This document shows, piece after piece, positions 51,093-64,000 of a stretch of DNA of 64,000 nucleotides. The notes under the pieces are model-generated. The model ran no database searches, was not told where the DNA came from, and saw only the letters and a list, made by a program, of their open reading frames with translations. This stretch comes from Balanoglossus misakiensis. Its lineage: Eukaryota > Animalia > Hemichordata. Made by a program: the position numbers and the translations under genes. How positions within the stretch are numbered: position 1 is the stretch's first letter; each line of letters opens with the position of its first letter. The stretch lies in the NCBI GenBank assembly GCA_040954595.2, contig CM082593.2:8813200-8877199 (forward strand). The letters are read 5' to 3'.

Positions 51093-52072
51093 TAGCCGCA
51101 GCGGAGTATAGATGGCAGAACACCGGCAGCCGGAGAAACTACCCGGTTACTCTCGTGATTTCTCAGGCTACTTTCAGGACTATTGCGTACGTGATCATCA
51201 TTTGATCGGCGAAATCTGCCATCGAAACCGGGAAAAATGCCTCAAAAAGGACGCTTTAATGTTCTGTATTCTTTAAGATTGAACCCGAAAATAAAAAATA
51301 CCTCGATCTCTCATCGCGCGACGGCAGTGGATGGCAGCGGTCCGATGTGTTTACAGTATGATGTTTACGATGATGTCATTTACGAGTAACTTTTATCAGG
51401 CAACGCCATTGGACGTCATGAACGCTAAGTCGTATGGATATGGATAACTGTGATCCAATGAAAAGGCTTGTTGAAAAACCTACGAAACGTCATTTCCAAA
51501 ATGGCTGACCAGTATGGCAGGGAAAAGAGTACACGGTCAAGCGTCTCTGTTTGATTTCGGAATTTCAAAACGATCAAAGGATCAAGGAGAAGGTATTATG
51601 ATATACTTAAACTCATTTCCACAGGCAGAGAAATTTAGTCAAATGTACATATGATATTAAAATACTTGGGATCCGATTCGCGTAGTACTGTACTAGGTCA
51701 TGTTATGTCACGTCATCAGTTGATCTTGATGTTTTTCTTCAAAACAGTTGAACTGTTCATTCTGTTTTTAAAATTTGACGTTGTATTTTTAAGTGTTCGT
51801 GATTCATGGTCATTTGATTTCGGGTATTTTATAATTAACCATGAATTTTAGCACGGCAATATGCAGATGACGTGCTGTCTACTGAACCGATTAGCATGTC
51901 AAAGGAGTACACCAAAAGTTAAAATACGTATGGTACTGATTATTTTTTCGGGGGTTTTCAATTTGTAGATCATTCCGACTTTACACGTTTAGGAATTATT
52001 GTGGTAAGTGAAATATGGTTTATGGTGCATGGTGGAGGGATTTGCTCACTAACTCAATGTAGTGTAAATTAA

Positions 52073-52807
52073 GGTGGCATTGCATGAAAACTTGTGATTT
52101 TTGCCAAATTTTACTTTTTTACATAAATCGGTAGGCCTAATACTGACCCACATCCTGACTAATACGTCTTGGCGGAAATGGTGCATAATCACCCCAAAAT
52201 AGCACTTTTCTGAATGAGTTCACAGCTTAACAAATAGGTGTCAACAATGCAAATGGCCGTTTTTCTCAGTTTGCATTTTCGCTGCTCTTGACAACTTCAG
52301 ACGAAAATAGCTTCGCTCTGCGTTGGCCGAATTTGCTCAAATTTTAACTGGGGATTGTGTATGACCCATCCAACAAAACGGTATTTTTGTTAGTCGATAA
52401 AGTGTCCCTGGCGGGAATAAACTCTGATTCAATACAACTCACCGTGAATTTGATCAAATTTTACTAAAAATCTAACTTTCAAACGCTGTTACTCCTCAAT
52501 GGAAGCAGATAACGCAAAACAGAATTACCGTTTTTTTTGCACGTGTACTCTAGTTTCGAATGACATATTAAGATGCATGATGCATGGTCAACTTTTTTAC
52601 CTAATTTAAATTTAATGACATAATATCAAAAAATGTTTTTTTTCACCCAAAATCGCCACCATTTCCGGGGATCGATAATATTTGCAACTCAAACAAAAGT
52701 TCAAAAACTCAGCTTCCAGAATATATATGGTTTATGGGGGTTTTAACGTTGTCTTTGATGAGAAATAGGCCTCTGAAAAAGTCTTGACGGTTTTATGCAA
52801 TGCCACC
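52073..52807. mobile_element. TTAA-flanked MITE (Kolobok-like) inside the hAT element
   Basis: TTAA|GGTGGCATTGCAT ... ATGCAATGCCACC|TTAA. Confidence 0.75.
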
Positions 52808-53285
52808 TTAAAGTACATGTTGTAGGTAGTGTATGGCTTCTATTTGCATGTGTGCAGCTGTAGTCTGTAGCTAGCTCTGACATTGTCTGTAGTGTGCAGT
52901 GCATCCGATATTGCTTTTCTAATAATGAATTGCGTACGGTTCTGTGCAAATTTCAGAGCATGGACGATGGTACTACAAGTATTGAATTCGGCTTGATCAT
53001 TTCAGTTTATGTGCTTTACATGTTTGTTTTTTTATTCTATACACTTAAAAAAATGGGCAGACATTTTGAAACTCAATCTCACTCTCTTTCTCTCTCTCTC
53101 TTTTGCGTTCAGTGCCAGATGTTCAGTGTGCAGGAGAAGGAACGTCCTGTCCTCAAATCTCTGTTGCACAGAGTGAAACAGTTACTGAACACTGTCCTGT
53201 AACAACCCCTAAGAAAGAGTTGCATGATGCCCAGGATTCATGCTAGTTTTCAACTACAGAATCCAAAGATGACACTTTACGTCTT

Positions 53286-55230
53286 TTGAAGGACCTTTTT
53301 CCAGATGTTGACAGTACACTAATCCATCATTACCATACATGCTTCAATGAAGGTTGTACATCTCTCAGTAGTGAAGAAAAGCAAAGACTTTCTTCCAAGA
53401 AAGACCGCTTCAGACATGAATGGCTTTTGTCAAAATCTAAAAGCTTCTGCTGTAAAACAGGAATTTGGTGTAGTGTCTACATTGAAAAGCAAGGAACGTT
53501 CTGCTTACTTTGTAGAAAACATACTGGTGTTAATCCACAAAATAAGTCTGATGTTTTCTCACTGAAACCTTCAGTTCGATTCAAGCATGATACCTTTGAA
53601 AACCACACTGATTCCATGAAGCACAGAAACGCAGTGTCAGATGAACTGCTGAACAGAGTGTCCATGTTTCAAAGTGAATTGGATACCAAAGAAAAAGTGA
53701 ATGAAGGTGTTCTGATGAAATCATTTTATGCAGTTTACTGGCTTGCCAAAGAAGCAGTGGCAAACAACAAAGCCAAATCACTTCTCACTCTTGTTGAAAA
53801 ACTTGGAGTGAGTGAATTGAAGTACTTTCAACACATAGGTCCTGAAACACTGCGTGACATAGCCCTTGTCATTGGTCAGACAATACAACAGTCTATGGTG
53901 GATCCGGACATGATTAACAAAGCTGTGTGTTATGGTTCGTTCGTTGATGACATGACTGATGTAGCAGTACAGGAATAGATGATTGGGTTTGTACAGTTCT
54001 TCAACTATGATAACAGTAAAGTGCAGACTAGTTTCTTGTTCATTGAAAATCTCCTGAAAGAGTCGGATTCAGCTGATGCACAAACATTATGTGATGTACT
54101 GTGCAAGACTTGACAGAGAGGAATCTTTCACTACAAGATATGAAAAGTCTAGTTTCTGATGGAGCCAGTATCATGGTGGGGAAACGGAATGGACTTGCAG
54201 CAAAACTGAAAGCACGAAATGCAAAACTGGTTTCTGTACATTGCATTTGCCACAGACTTGCTTTGGCATGTACAGACACAAACCAAAGTCTTGACTACAT
54301 TAACAATGTCGCAACCATGTTAACTCAACTTTGGAAGATGTTTGAATACTCTCCCAAGAAAATGGCTGTTTACCTGAAAACGCAAACAGAAATGAAGAAA
54401 ATAAAGTTGTTAAGCCAGACCTCCAGGGTAGCAGTTGCAAGGAATCTGAAGAAAGCATGCAAGACTCGGTGGTTGTCATTTGACTCAGCTGTACAGTCAG
54501 TGTATGATGAAATACTAGCCATACTACAGTCTCTTAAAACCTAGAGAGTGATGCCGTTGCCTTTGGTCTTCTAAAGAAGATGTACACAGTGAAGTTTATT
54601 TCAGAATTGAGCAAGGCATTTCAGAGGGACACAATAAACTATGCGCATTTAGAGCCCCTCATCAAATACACCAAAGACAAGCTGTCTGTGATTATGGATG
54701 AGTGCTCACCACTTGAGCAGATGAAAATTGACCTCTCTGATGCTGGAAGACTGAGCAGCTTGGAGTTGAAATGCACAGCTTGAGATGAATCCATGCTAAA
54801 GTCTCTTCTTGTGAAATACATCACTTCCCTGAAAGAGAATATTGACTGTAGGTTAGGATCAATTCTGAGTGCATTCTCAGTATTTGATTCACATGCTCTG
54901 CCAGCCCAAGACAGTGCCTCCTTCAAAACATATGGAGAAGCAGCAATCAAAGTGTTGTCGGCCTATTTCCTTGCAAGCGACCAAGATGACCAAACATATG
55001 TGTACGACAAACCCATGGCAGAGTGGGGAAAGTTAAAGTATGATATGTTGTCATGGAAGAGCGTCATGCCTAGTGAACTTCCTCTACATACAACCCCAAC
55101 CGAATGGTGTGCCACTCAGTTGTTGGAATTGAAATCCAGTTATGGTCACTTCTATCCAGAACTTGTACAGCTTGCACAGATACTACTGTCCATACCAGTG
55201 TCCAATGCCTGGCCAGAAAGGGGTGTGAGC
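53286..55230 (+). pseudogene. Decayed hAT transposase (ZNF862/C17orf113-like); element probably starts near 51099
   Basis: FCLLCRKH zinc finger, DDMTD, SDGASIMVG, VHCICHRLALA, TRWLS, dimerisation motif IPVSNAWPERG; several stops and frameshifts. Confidence 0.85.
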
Positions 55231-57232
55231 AAAAGTATGCAAATGTATGCAAATCATATGTAAATATATATGCAAATTAGCGTACTCCCCCTACTTTGTC
55301 AGATTCTCCTGGTACTCTGAAACTTAATGAAACCCCTGCCGGGCATGTATCAAGTGTAATAAAACAGGCCACTTGGCTAAAGACTGTGTCGACGTACGTT
55401 GTTTTAGGTGTGCACAGCTAGGTCACACTGATGCAGAATGCACGGCAAATGTGAAGTGTTCCATTTGTGGGGGGGAGGGGGGGGGCTGGGCACGTCTATC
55501 GTAATTGTTCTTTATCGTTTGCAAATAGAGTTGCCTTGTCAAATTCCTGGTTGTCAATGGAGGCGGTTGCTTCTCCAGGTATTGGTGAGTCGAAGGAAAT
55601 TGTCGACGTTAGGGACTGTCCAGAATTTACTTCCAGGGTGGGGCTGGAGGATTTCTAATTTTCCTGGTGATTTTTTTCCATGCCCCCCCCCCTAGTAGAC
55701 TGTGGAGGAAATCTGTGGCCCCCCTTAAATTTCCTGTGTTTTTTTCCATGCCCCCCCCCCCAATATATACATGCATACTTACAGACTACGCCACATACAA
55801 TCTGACAAGTTCATCACCCTTTGCAAGAACAATCAAGAGATCAGTTTACTCACTGATATAACCAATTTTACAGGGGACAGTTAAGTGGTCATAAAAATCA
55901 TGTTTTTACAGGGACTGCGAGTAGCACACTTTTGGGAAGCCTAGCAATGGGCAACTAAGATTGTAATTTTCTGAAAATAAGTCACCTATGGAAAATTAGC
56001 TATAGTTACCATGGCAAATTGAGATCTAGCCAATCACAGATTTTCAGTGGGTGGCACACACGAAAAAAAGAGCGCCACCATATGTTCTTTAGAATGCTCA
56101 AATACGCCATTTCAGCCATATATGGGCGTTTGTAAATTGGAGGTGAATGTGTACCTTTAATTACATGTATGAAAAAAATGCCTGTCACTATGTCCACTAC
56201 ATCAAACACTTAATAGTTGTAAATAAGCCATGTCAAAAACGCTGCGTCAGCAATTTTGCATCAGAGGTTTTTCAAAGGAAATTATTACAATTATGATCGT
56301 TGTATCTAATTATCAAGCAGAGTGACATAGTATTTGTTTTATATTTTTCAATACAGTATTTTTCAATGGGTTATGTGTGACAGTTTCAGGGAATTGACAA
56401 TAATCAATTGTTTAACAATTTCATATTTTACTTTCTCCTTTTAACAATCAAGTATTTTTTAGAAAATTCAAATCAAACATGAGATTGTGTCCTTTACAGT
56501 ATTTTCAAAATATATTGCAAGTTTTGGCAAAAGCATAAATAAAACGTTTCTTGTTTTTCAAAGAGTAAATTAAAAAATAATGTAGTCATGCACAATTTTA
56601 TGGTTTTTAAAATCTTTTTTTAACAATTTTCGCTGGCACAAAACAATATAATTTTATGTGTTTGTACTATAATCAAAACAATGCGTCATTTACCGTGTCT
56701 TCAAACAATTTGAACATAACCGGACCAATAGTTAGAATTTACCATTACATATACATGATGATATTGTCTTTCCCAGGAATATAACAACATCAGTGTCAGC
56801 GCTATACAAAAAACATGAAAAGGTGCTTGTAATACACCTTTTTCAAAACTCTAGCGCCCTAACACAGCCATTGTGAATTTGAACTCAAAGCGAGGCCACA
56901 GGGGAAAAGTTGCCCGATCACATCAAGGGGTGTTCCCATTGGCCTTGCCACGAGTGTCAATTCATGATGACCTTTTGAGGGCGCTAGGCTTCTGAAAAGG
57001 GTGTATTCAATATCAATCACAACCTTCCTGGTTCCATGTGAAATCTATTCTTCATTTCTTCCGTGTCTTCTCCCTCTCGAACTTCTCTGACACCTGAAAC
57101 ATTTGCGATGTGCTTGTCACCGACGTGAACAGCTCCGTTCTGTATTTCGACATCACCAGATGTGTTGTAACCAACTCGCAAATCAGGAAAGATGTCCTTG
57201 TCATCTTCCGAACTTCCAATAGAAAACAATAT

Positions 57233-57234
57233 AA

Positions 57235-57285
<51 letters not shown>

Positions 57286-57286
57286 A
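57233..57286. repeat. (TAAA)n microsatellite
   Basis: Directly visible. Confidence 0.9.
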
Positions 57287-58659
57287 TCAATACATTCATT
57301 AATTAATTAATTAATAAATAACATTGTGTCAAAAGTATTACATAAAAAAGCATGTAAAACGTTCAGTATACATAATTCAAGAAATAATCAACCTTGACAA
57401 TAAAGGTTGTAGATGCACCTGCATAATCAAAGTTTGGAACTTTTTCTCATAATTTGCTCAGGGCAAGAATATAATACTAGTGTAAAAAATCGGGTCACCA
57501 TGCCAAAATCGAATGAGAGAGTCAAACTGCCTCAAATTCAAATTCAAAAGGACTGTCAATCTCTGTGTTAACACTTCACAGACAAATTAATCATTTCATG
57601 AAAAAGGATGACCATCTCTTTTCTTCTTCAAGTTTCTTTCCATAGGGAATCCTTCCATATTTTAATGTAACAAAAACTTCTACATCTTTTTTACTGAAAT
57701 TTGTCCCTGATTTGCGTACTACGGTAAGGTCATCAAGCAATTGCGAAATTGAAACTCTGGTCAACTGTAACTGCATGGAAAAGAAACACGGAGTAGCAGC
57801 CAGCTAATAAGCCACTTTCATGACCCCAATCTGACCTTTACATACTGGGATTTCGTTGGTATGAGTTTACCATTCTGTGTTTAAACTCTGGCATAATCAC
57901 CTATATATACTATATACTACTGAATTTGAGCACTCTGAATCTCTTTATGGAACAAAACATTTGAATTCTGTCGGTTACAGAAGGGCGTATGCTGTATGTA
58001 ACGTTGAACGTGTCGTACTAACAAAATACCAAGATGTGACGTCACTCAGAGGTCATGAAAGTGGTCTGTTATATTCAAATTGGCCTACGATAGCTGCCGA
58101 CAGAATCGTCTTCAACTCTTGACCATTTCATCCCAGTACTCGACTGACTTCCACAAAGGTTGGCGTCGGGCAGATCTTTATTTATGTCGTCATCTGGACA
58201 CTCGCTCGTTGCATTGCTTGTTGTGACCGCTGGCGGCGTTGCCATCAAAGTGACACCTGTTAACATAACAATATCCAGCGGAAGGTAAATGAGGAGCGTC
58301 CAGTGTAGGGAAGGTATAGGCTTGGTATGACTGGCAGACATTATAAAACTGTTAGAGTCTCTGTTACAGGTCATATCTATTATCCGACCTATTACTATTC
58401 TGATAAGGATAATTAGATATTTCTTCAATCAATTATTACAACTAATGCATTGGAAATTGCATAAGAATTACCCACGCAGCAATGTGGCTAAGTTATTGAC
58501 TGGACCAATTAATTAGAAATTAAAAACGAGTGAGATTTAGCAATTTCGGAAATTCTAGTATCCAGTCATCAGCTCAAATCGCAACCATCACGAATTCCTA
58601 CCATCTTCCCCAATGCTTTGGCAATGCATGTTGCCTCTGGAAATTCTTTCAAAACTCAC

Positions 58660-59911
58660 TAGTGGTAACTTCGGATGTTATCAATTCGGCTCGGTTGATA
58701 GCTTGTACCGTGACGTAATAAGTTTCCTTGTTCTCGAGTACGCCATCTAGACTGTCGTTAACGGCAAGTGTATCCAATCCAACTGAGACAAAGTCCCGAA
58801 TGTCAGTCAAGTTACGTTCGCTTCCTATTGCCCATCGGTATTCTTTGACCTGATGAAGTAGTCCACAAGTGAATAGCGTTGTTTTTTCTTTAATGAAAGG
58901 CTTGAAAAGTGATCACCTTTTATGCTTCAAAACACTGATATATTAGAGATGTTTGTTATGTTGGACATGGCTGCGTACAGGAAAAAGGTACAATATGATA
59001 TAAGCAATACGTTAATTTCTGATTTCAGAAGCTGTTTCCACAGTTTGAGACTTGTTTTTTATGGATAATTATTCGGCAAAAGGTGAACAGTGTAATTTTT
59101 TTAGATGTAACGTGATTACAAAACTTTGTCACTGTGCATTGTATATCCCATGACGATACTTTAATCCATGATGGAATCGAAGATCAACAAAGCCATATGT
59201 TACTGTTGAAAACTGAATTGAAGTCGCTGCAGTTATTCATTCGTCATTAATTACAGCGCTGGCTACACACATCGATGAGATGCTGACAAGCGGAATACAG
59301 GGATTTTAGCATCTTACGGGAAGCACCCGAAAATTGTACTTAATACACAGAACAGAAATACTGCTACATTTTCTTGCTGAAATCCCTCAAGCATGATGAC
59401 ATGCTCAAAATCCAGCTTATTAACACAACCTATGTGCATATAGTCAACATTATCATACTGCAAAATTTTAATTCGTGTCCGGACTAGAATTGACTTGTCA
59501 ACAATAGCAATGGCCGTAGGACACACATGCAGGGTATGTTGACAAGCGGAGTAGGCCTACGTGATATATTAGCATGTTCTTTGGAGTAGAACAAGAAATC
59601 AATTTGGTTTACAGAACAAAAATACTGAAAATTAAGCCACAAGTTTCAGCTAATGTTATTTTAGGGCAATATCTACATTTAAGTATTCCAAAAAGGCACC
59701 TGTAGACTTGAGAGTAATTTCATTACTGGGCGTACCTTACTACCTATGTCGTATGCATTGAAGCGGACAGCAATAGTTGTGTTGCTTCCCTGGTACTCCA
59801 CTGGTTGATACAATGACCAAGACAAATCCACGTGGTAAAGGTAATCAAACACATGGGGTGTGTCATCCACGTACACACCATTCGACGAAGCCAGTGCAGA
59901 TCTCCCGGATC
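58660..59911 (-). CDS. Two in-phase exons (59736-59911, 58660-58849) of a large FN3-like repeat extracellular protein; gene fragment or pseudogene
   Basis: AG/GT-bounded with a phase-0 join: SGRSALASSNGVYVDDTP...YDIGSK|VKEYRWAIGS...DIRDFVSVG...YYVTVQAINRAEL; possible further exons at 57.0-58.4 kb do not splice cleanly. Confidence 0.6.
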
Positions 59912-60601
59912 CTACATGACAAAATGAATGGTGAATAGTTTTATGAAATTGTGCAACAAAGCCTGTATATGGATAACGGCCATTGTTATTGTTGACAAAG
60001 GGAATTAAAGTCCGGACTTGAATTCCATTTCAACAGTGACAATGTTGATTAATATAAAACAAGTCGTTTTAAAAATACTGATCTATTCTGCAGAATAGAA
60101 CAAGAAACAACAGTTGATACACCCCCGAACACTAAGAAAATAACCTAAAGTTTGAGTTACTGGGGCTGTAACAAATGTAGTAACTGGCCTATAGTACAGG
60201 GATAATGCATTTTCTTCCTTGTCAAAATGCGTTCCTTCTGCTGTCGGCCCATTATCGATATTCTTTGTTGTGGACCAATGCGTTTAAATAAGCACAACTT
60301 CCGTTCTTCTCTTCCAAAACAATGCTTTGACCTACTTTCCTATATCTTGGCATCAAGAGCAGGTGCTGTCAGCAGAAAGGTGACTGCGGTCAAAATGTTC
60401 ACTATCCTGCAAAGGTACAAACTGGGGTCTTCAAAAGTGAGAACATCAATGTACAAGTGAGCGCTAGGCAAAATTTCAACATAACTGCGCGACTGAGAGG
60501 CAACAGAGCTACAAGGAATATTGGGTGGTGGCCTATCCAGACTAGTTTCATATAGCCTGGAATGTGGGGAGGAGAGAAACGAGACCGAAGGGCCTGAAAA
60601 G

Positions 60602-61419
60602 TCATCCCGTTCCCCCAAAGGCTGGGGTCATTCCTTGTTTGCCCCCCTGTGTCTTTTCCCGAAATTCTTTCTCGTTATATGGACAATCAGCAGCGGCATG
60701 TTTCTTTTCTTGTTGCCTATAACGCAAACAGACGGAACAAACATGTTTCTCCAAGATGCCTTCCACCATGTGATCCTCAGCCTGAATACACTTGTGGATC
60801 TGGAAGGCGGAACAATACCTGGCACAACGGTTTTTCTTTGGCTTTGTGGCTGAGGTGGAAGTGCTCTGTGGAGGATTTCTAACAAATCTAGTGTGGAGGT
60901 TATCAAAATCATCCTCCCAATTTAACAACCCTTGCTCCAAATATTGCAAAACTACTGAGTGATATTTCCTCACTCTCTCCCAATTATACAATCGTGCATC
61001 TATGACAATGTCTTGCAAATGAGTCAATCTATGCAAACTAGAGTCACTGCCAAACCCCATCCCTAAAATGATTTCGAGTTCACCGGCCACTAATTGTGGT
61101 AAAGACAGTTCATCGTATGCCAAGGCCTCTGGCCTGTTTGGGTTTGGGTCGCGGACAAATTCATGTGGCCATGGAATGTACTTCCGTACTCTGTCCGTTG
61201 GCTTCCTCACTGCTTGGCGCCACTTTTCATGCGTTTACCTTTGAGAATAACAATCTGCAACGGGGATCGTCTGCTTTTGGCCTGTGTGCGAAGTTTGGTT
61301 CTGCCTTTCTTCGCTGCTCTTGCACCACGCTTGGTGTCCATATCATCGCTGCTGGAGCTGCTGCTTGCTTCGGATGCTGAAGTGTTGGACGAACTGCTCA
61401 CTAGTGGCTGTGACGTCAT
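60602..61419 (-). pseudogene. gag-like ORF1 remnant of a DIRS/Ngaro-type tyrosine-recombinase retrotransposon
   Basis: KSG..., WPHEF, YDELSLPQLVAGEL, WERVRKYHSVVLQYLEQG..W and a C-terminal Cys/His finger; frameshift near 61208; no RT or recombinase seen. Confidence 0.6.
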
Positions 61420-61541
61420 CGTTTTTAGATTTCACAAACCTCATCACTTCGGAAATTTGGTGAAAAATCTCTCTTACTTGTGATGTCACAGAGTCCAACT
61501 ATGGAAAGCCATGACTGTCTTATGATGTGTGACAACTTTAC

Positions 61542-62152
61542 GTGGTGAGGTTATTTCTTGACGTGATGAGGAAATGCTACGATGTGGGGAGGTTATTGCT
61601 TTACGTGATGAGGACATGCCACGATGTGGTGAGGTTATTTCTTGACGTGATGAGGAAATGCCACGATGTGGGGAGGTTATTTCTTGACGTGATGGGGAAA
61701 TGCAACGATGTGGTGAGGTTATTTCTTGACGTGATGGGAAAATGCAACGATGTGGTGAGGTTATTTCTTGACGTGATGAGGAAATGCCACGATGTGGGAA
61801 GGTTATTTCTTGACGTGATGAGGAAATGCCACGATGTGGTGAGGTTATTTCTTGACGTGATGGGGAAATGCAACGATGTGGTGAGGTTAATTCTTTATGT
61901 GATAAGAAAATGCCAAGATGTGGTGAGGTTATTTCATTATGTGATGACTCAATGTCATGATGTGGTGAGGTTATTTCCTTATGTGATGACGTAATGTCAA
62001 GATGTGGTGAGGTTATTTCCTTATGTGATGTTGTAATGTCATGATGTGGTGAGGTTATTTCCTTATGTGATGACGTAATGTCATGATGTGGTGAGGTTAT
62101 TTCATTATGTGATGATATTATGTCATGATGTGGTGAGGTTATTTCATTATGT
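61542..62152. repeat. 42-bp minisatellite, about 14 copies
   Basis: Unit GATGTGGTGAGGTTATTTCTTGACGTGATGAGGAAATGCCAC, drifting in sequence along the array. Confidence 0.92.
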
Positions 62153-62175
62153 GTTGAGAATATATATTATATGGG

Positions 62176-63390
62176 ATGACAGCTAGTTCAGCATGTGTAA
62201 CATTTGGTTGTGGAACTCCTCCACAAGTGCAAAGTTCTTCTGGTGCTCCTCAATTTTTCATACCTAGACACATTTTGGAAACCCATTTGGACCAAGGCTT
62301 CAAGATCTCAGAAATAGCCTCAATGCTCATTGTGTCAGAAAGTACCATATACCGTAGAATGAGACAGTATGGGCTCAGCAAAATGATGTTAAATGATATT
62401 CTAGATGAAGAACTTGCTGTTCATATGGAGGAACTAACAAAAGAGTTCCCCTATTGTGGGCATAACATGTTGACGCACTTGCTCATGGAAAAGACTGGAA
62501 TTAAAGTACAACGCCAGAGACTTAGGGATAGTGTACACCGCATTGATGGAAATGGAGTTGAAGCAAGGAAACGTGGTAGATTACAGCGGCGTGTGTACAA
62601 TGTTAAAGGCCCAAATCAACTCTGGCATTCTGATACAAACCACAAACTCATACGTTGGGGAATGGTTATCATTGGTGGCATTGATGGATTCAGCCGACTT
62701 CCTGTAATGCTACAATGCAGGGATAACAATAGAGCAGATACCTTATTGGCATGCTTTAAATCAGCTGTTAGAACCTATGGCATTCCAAGCAGGGTTCGAT
62801 CAGACAAAGGCATGGAAAATGTCTATATTGCAGATTTTATGATAGAAAAGCGAGGAGTTAACCGTGGCAGTATGATCACAGGTAGCAGTGTGCATAACCA
62901 GAGAATAGAGAGGTTATGGCGTGATGTGTATGAAGGAGTGCTTGCTCTGTACTATGAGCTACTTTACTTTTTGGAGGACAATTCCATTCTGGATCCATTA
63001 AATCCTGTTCACATTGCAGCCCTTCATTATGTGTTTCTGGAAAGGATCGATCACAAATTAGAACTCTGGCGAAATGCCTGGATTTGTCACAGATTGAGGA
63101 CAGTGGGTTCATCACCACTTCGTTTATGGGTTGCAGGTCAGTTACAAAATCCCATTGGGATCGACCTGTCTGACAATGATATTGACGAGTATGGAGTCGA
63201 AGGAGACGTTGACTTTGAACCCCCAGATCACTCCAGACCAATCTTGGATGGCCCTTCCATGCAACCAACTGATGAATGCTTGGCTCTACTTTCCCGATCA
63301 ATATCACCAACATGGCAATCAGAAAATCATGGTATTGACATATACAGGAATGCATTATCAATTATTCAAAACTTTACAGGAAATCCTTGA
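62176..63390 (+). CDS. DDE integrase-core transposase, IS3EU-like, with N-terminal HTH
   Basis: Open 404-aa ORF; [22 protein letters not shown]; [39 protein letters not shown] (D...D-34-E). Confidence 0.8.
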   Translation: MTASSACVTFGCGTPPQVQSSSGAPQFFIPRHILETHLDQGFKISEIASMLIVSESTIYRRMRQYGLSKMMLNDILDEELAVHMEELTKEFPYCGHNMLTHLLMEKTGIKVQRQRLRDSVHRIDGNGVEARKRGRLQRRVYNVKGPNQLWHSDTNHKLIRWGMVIIGGIDGFSRLPVMLQCRDNNRADTLLACFKSAVRTYGIPSRVRSDKGMENVYIADFMIEKRGVNRGSMITGSSVHNQRIERLWRDVYEGVLALYYELLYFLEDNSILDPLNPVHIAALHYVFLERIDHKLELWRNAWICHRLRTVGSSPLRLWVAGQLQNPIGIDLSDNDIDEYGVEGDVDFEPPDHSRPILDGPSMQPTDECLALLSRSISPTWQSENHGIDIYRNALSIIQNFTGNP

Positions 63391-64000
63391 TATAATTTTT
63401 ATACAAGGCAACCAATGATTCTGAATACGGTTACCACATGAGTTGTAGTGTATAGTATTATATTCCTGCAACTAACATTCAAATTTGCTTCATGATATGT
63501 CTGGAATTCAAGTATGGCCTAGAACTACTGGAGAAATAAGAATGTGTACATTTGCCATGCTTGAACTTGAACGAACCACACATTTGTATTTCTCAATCAT
63601 AATTATTAAAATAGCAGTCTGGTTTTGGAATGAAAGTCGTTTTGTATTTTTTGGGGAAAAAACAATATGCCCACCCTCAGTACACCACTCTGAAATCTGA
63701 TAATCTTTCAAGACCTCAATTAGGTGAACACATACACATAATGGGATTTTTTTTAATTCAATATGGCGGCAAAAGTCATGTGATTGCTCTTGATTTATTG
63801 GCAAACTTTGAAGGGCAGAAGACATGTATATCGCACACCAAAATAAAACTTGATTTGTACTTAAGTTAAGGATAAAATGCCATTTTTACTTTTTTCAGAA
63901 AACTCAATATGACCACCATCACATGACTATTTGCAATATCAGTCGGGTGCACGACTACTCATTGACCAACTGACTCTATAGCATGAGCCTCAAAATATCA

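Noticed and set aside
61542-61994. 150-aa repeat protein ORF
   Set aside because: Open only because the 42-bp unit is a multiple of 3; stops appear in later units

Overview
AT-rich, intron-containing animal DNA, not prokaryotic; gene content suggests an invertebrate deuterostome (hemichordate, echinoderm or amphioxus-like), which is an inference. The left half holds the last 8 coding exons of a cadherin-23/Cad87A-like single-pass cadherin (+, 235-11913) and a complete 6-exon Wnt8 gene (+, 21403-26752). The rest is a dense mobile-element landscape: two inverted copies of a Penelope-type minimal hammerhead-ribozyme repeat tied to (TATG)n microsatellites (about 3.0 kb and 29.4 kb); several TAGTC-ended Academ-type elements, including a three-level self-nested MITE and a 5.3-kb foldback with 1.5-kb arms; two tandem U2 snRNA genes both broken after nt 29, the second continuing into a Tx1 (Keno-like) retrotransposon that carries a full Gypsy LTR element with two LINE fragments inside; a decayed hAT; a DIRS/Ngaro-like gag remnant; a 42-bp minisatellite; and an open IS3EU-like DDE transposase ORF. 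Orphan gene fragments (a KIF21-like exon, a SAM-methyltransferase exon, FN3-like repeat exons) also occur. All family names come from motif recognition by eye; no database searches were run.
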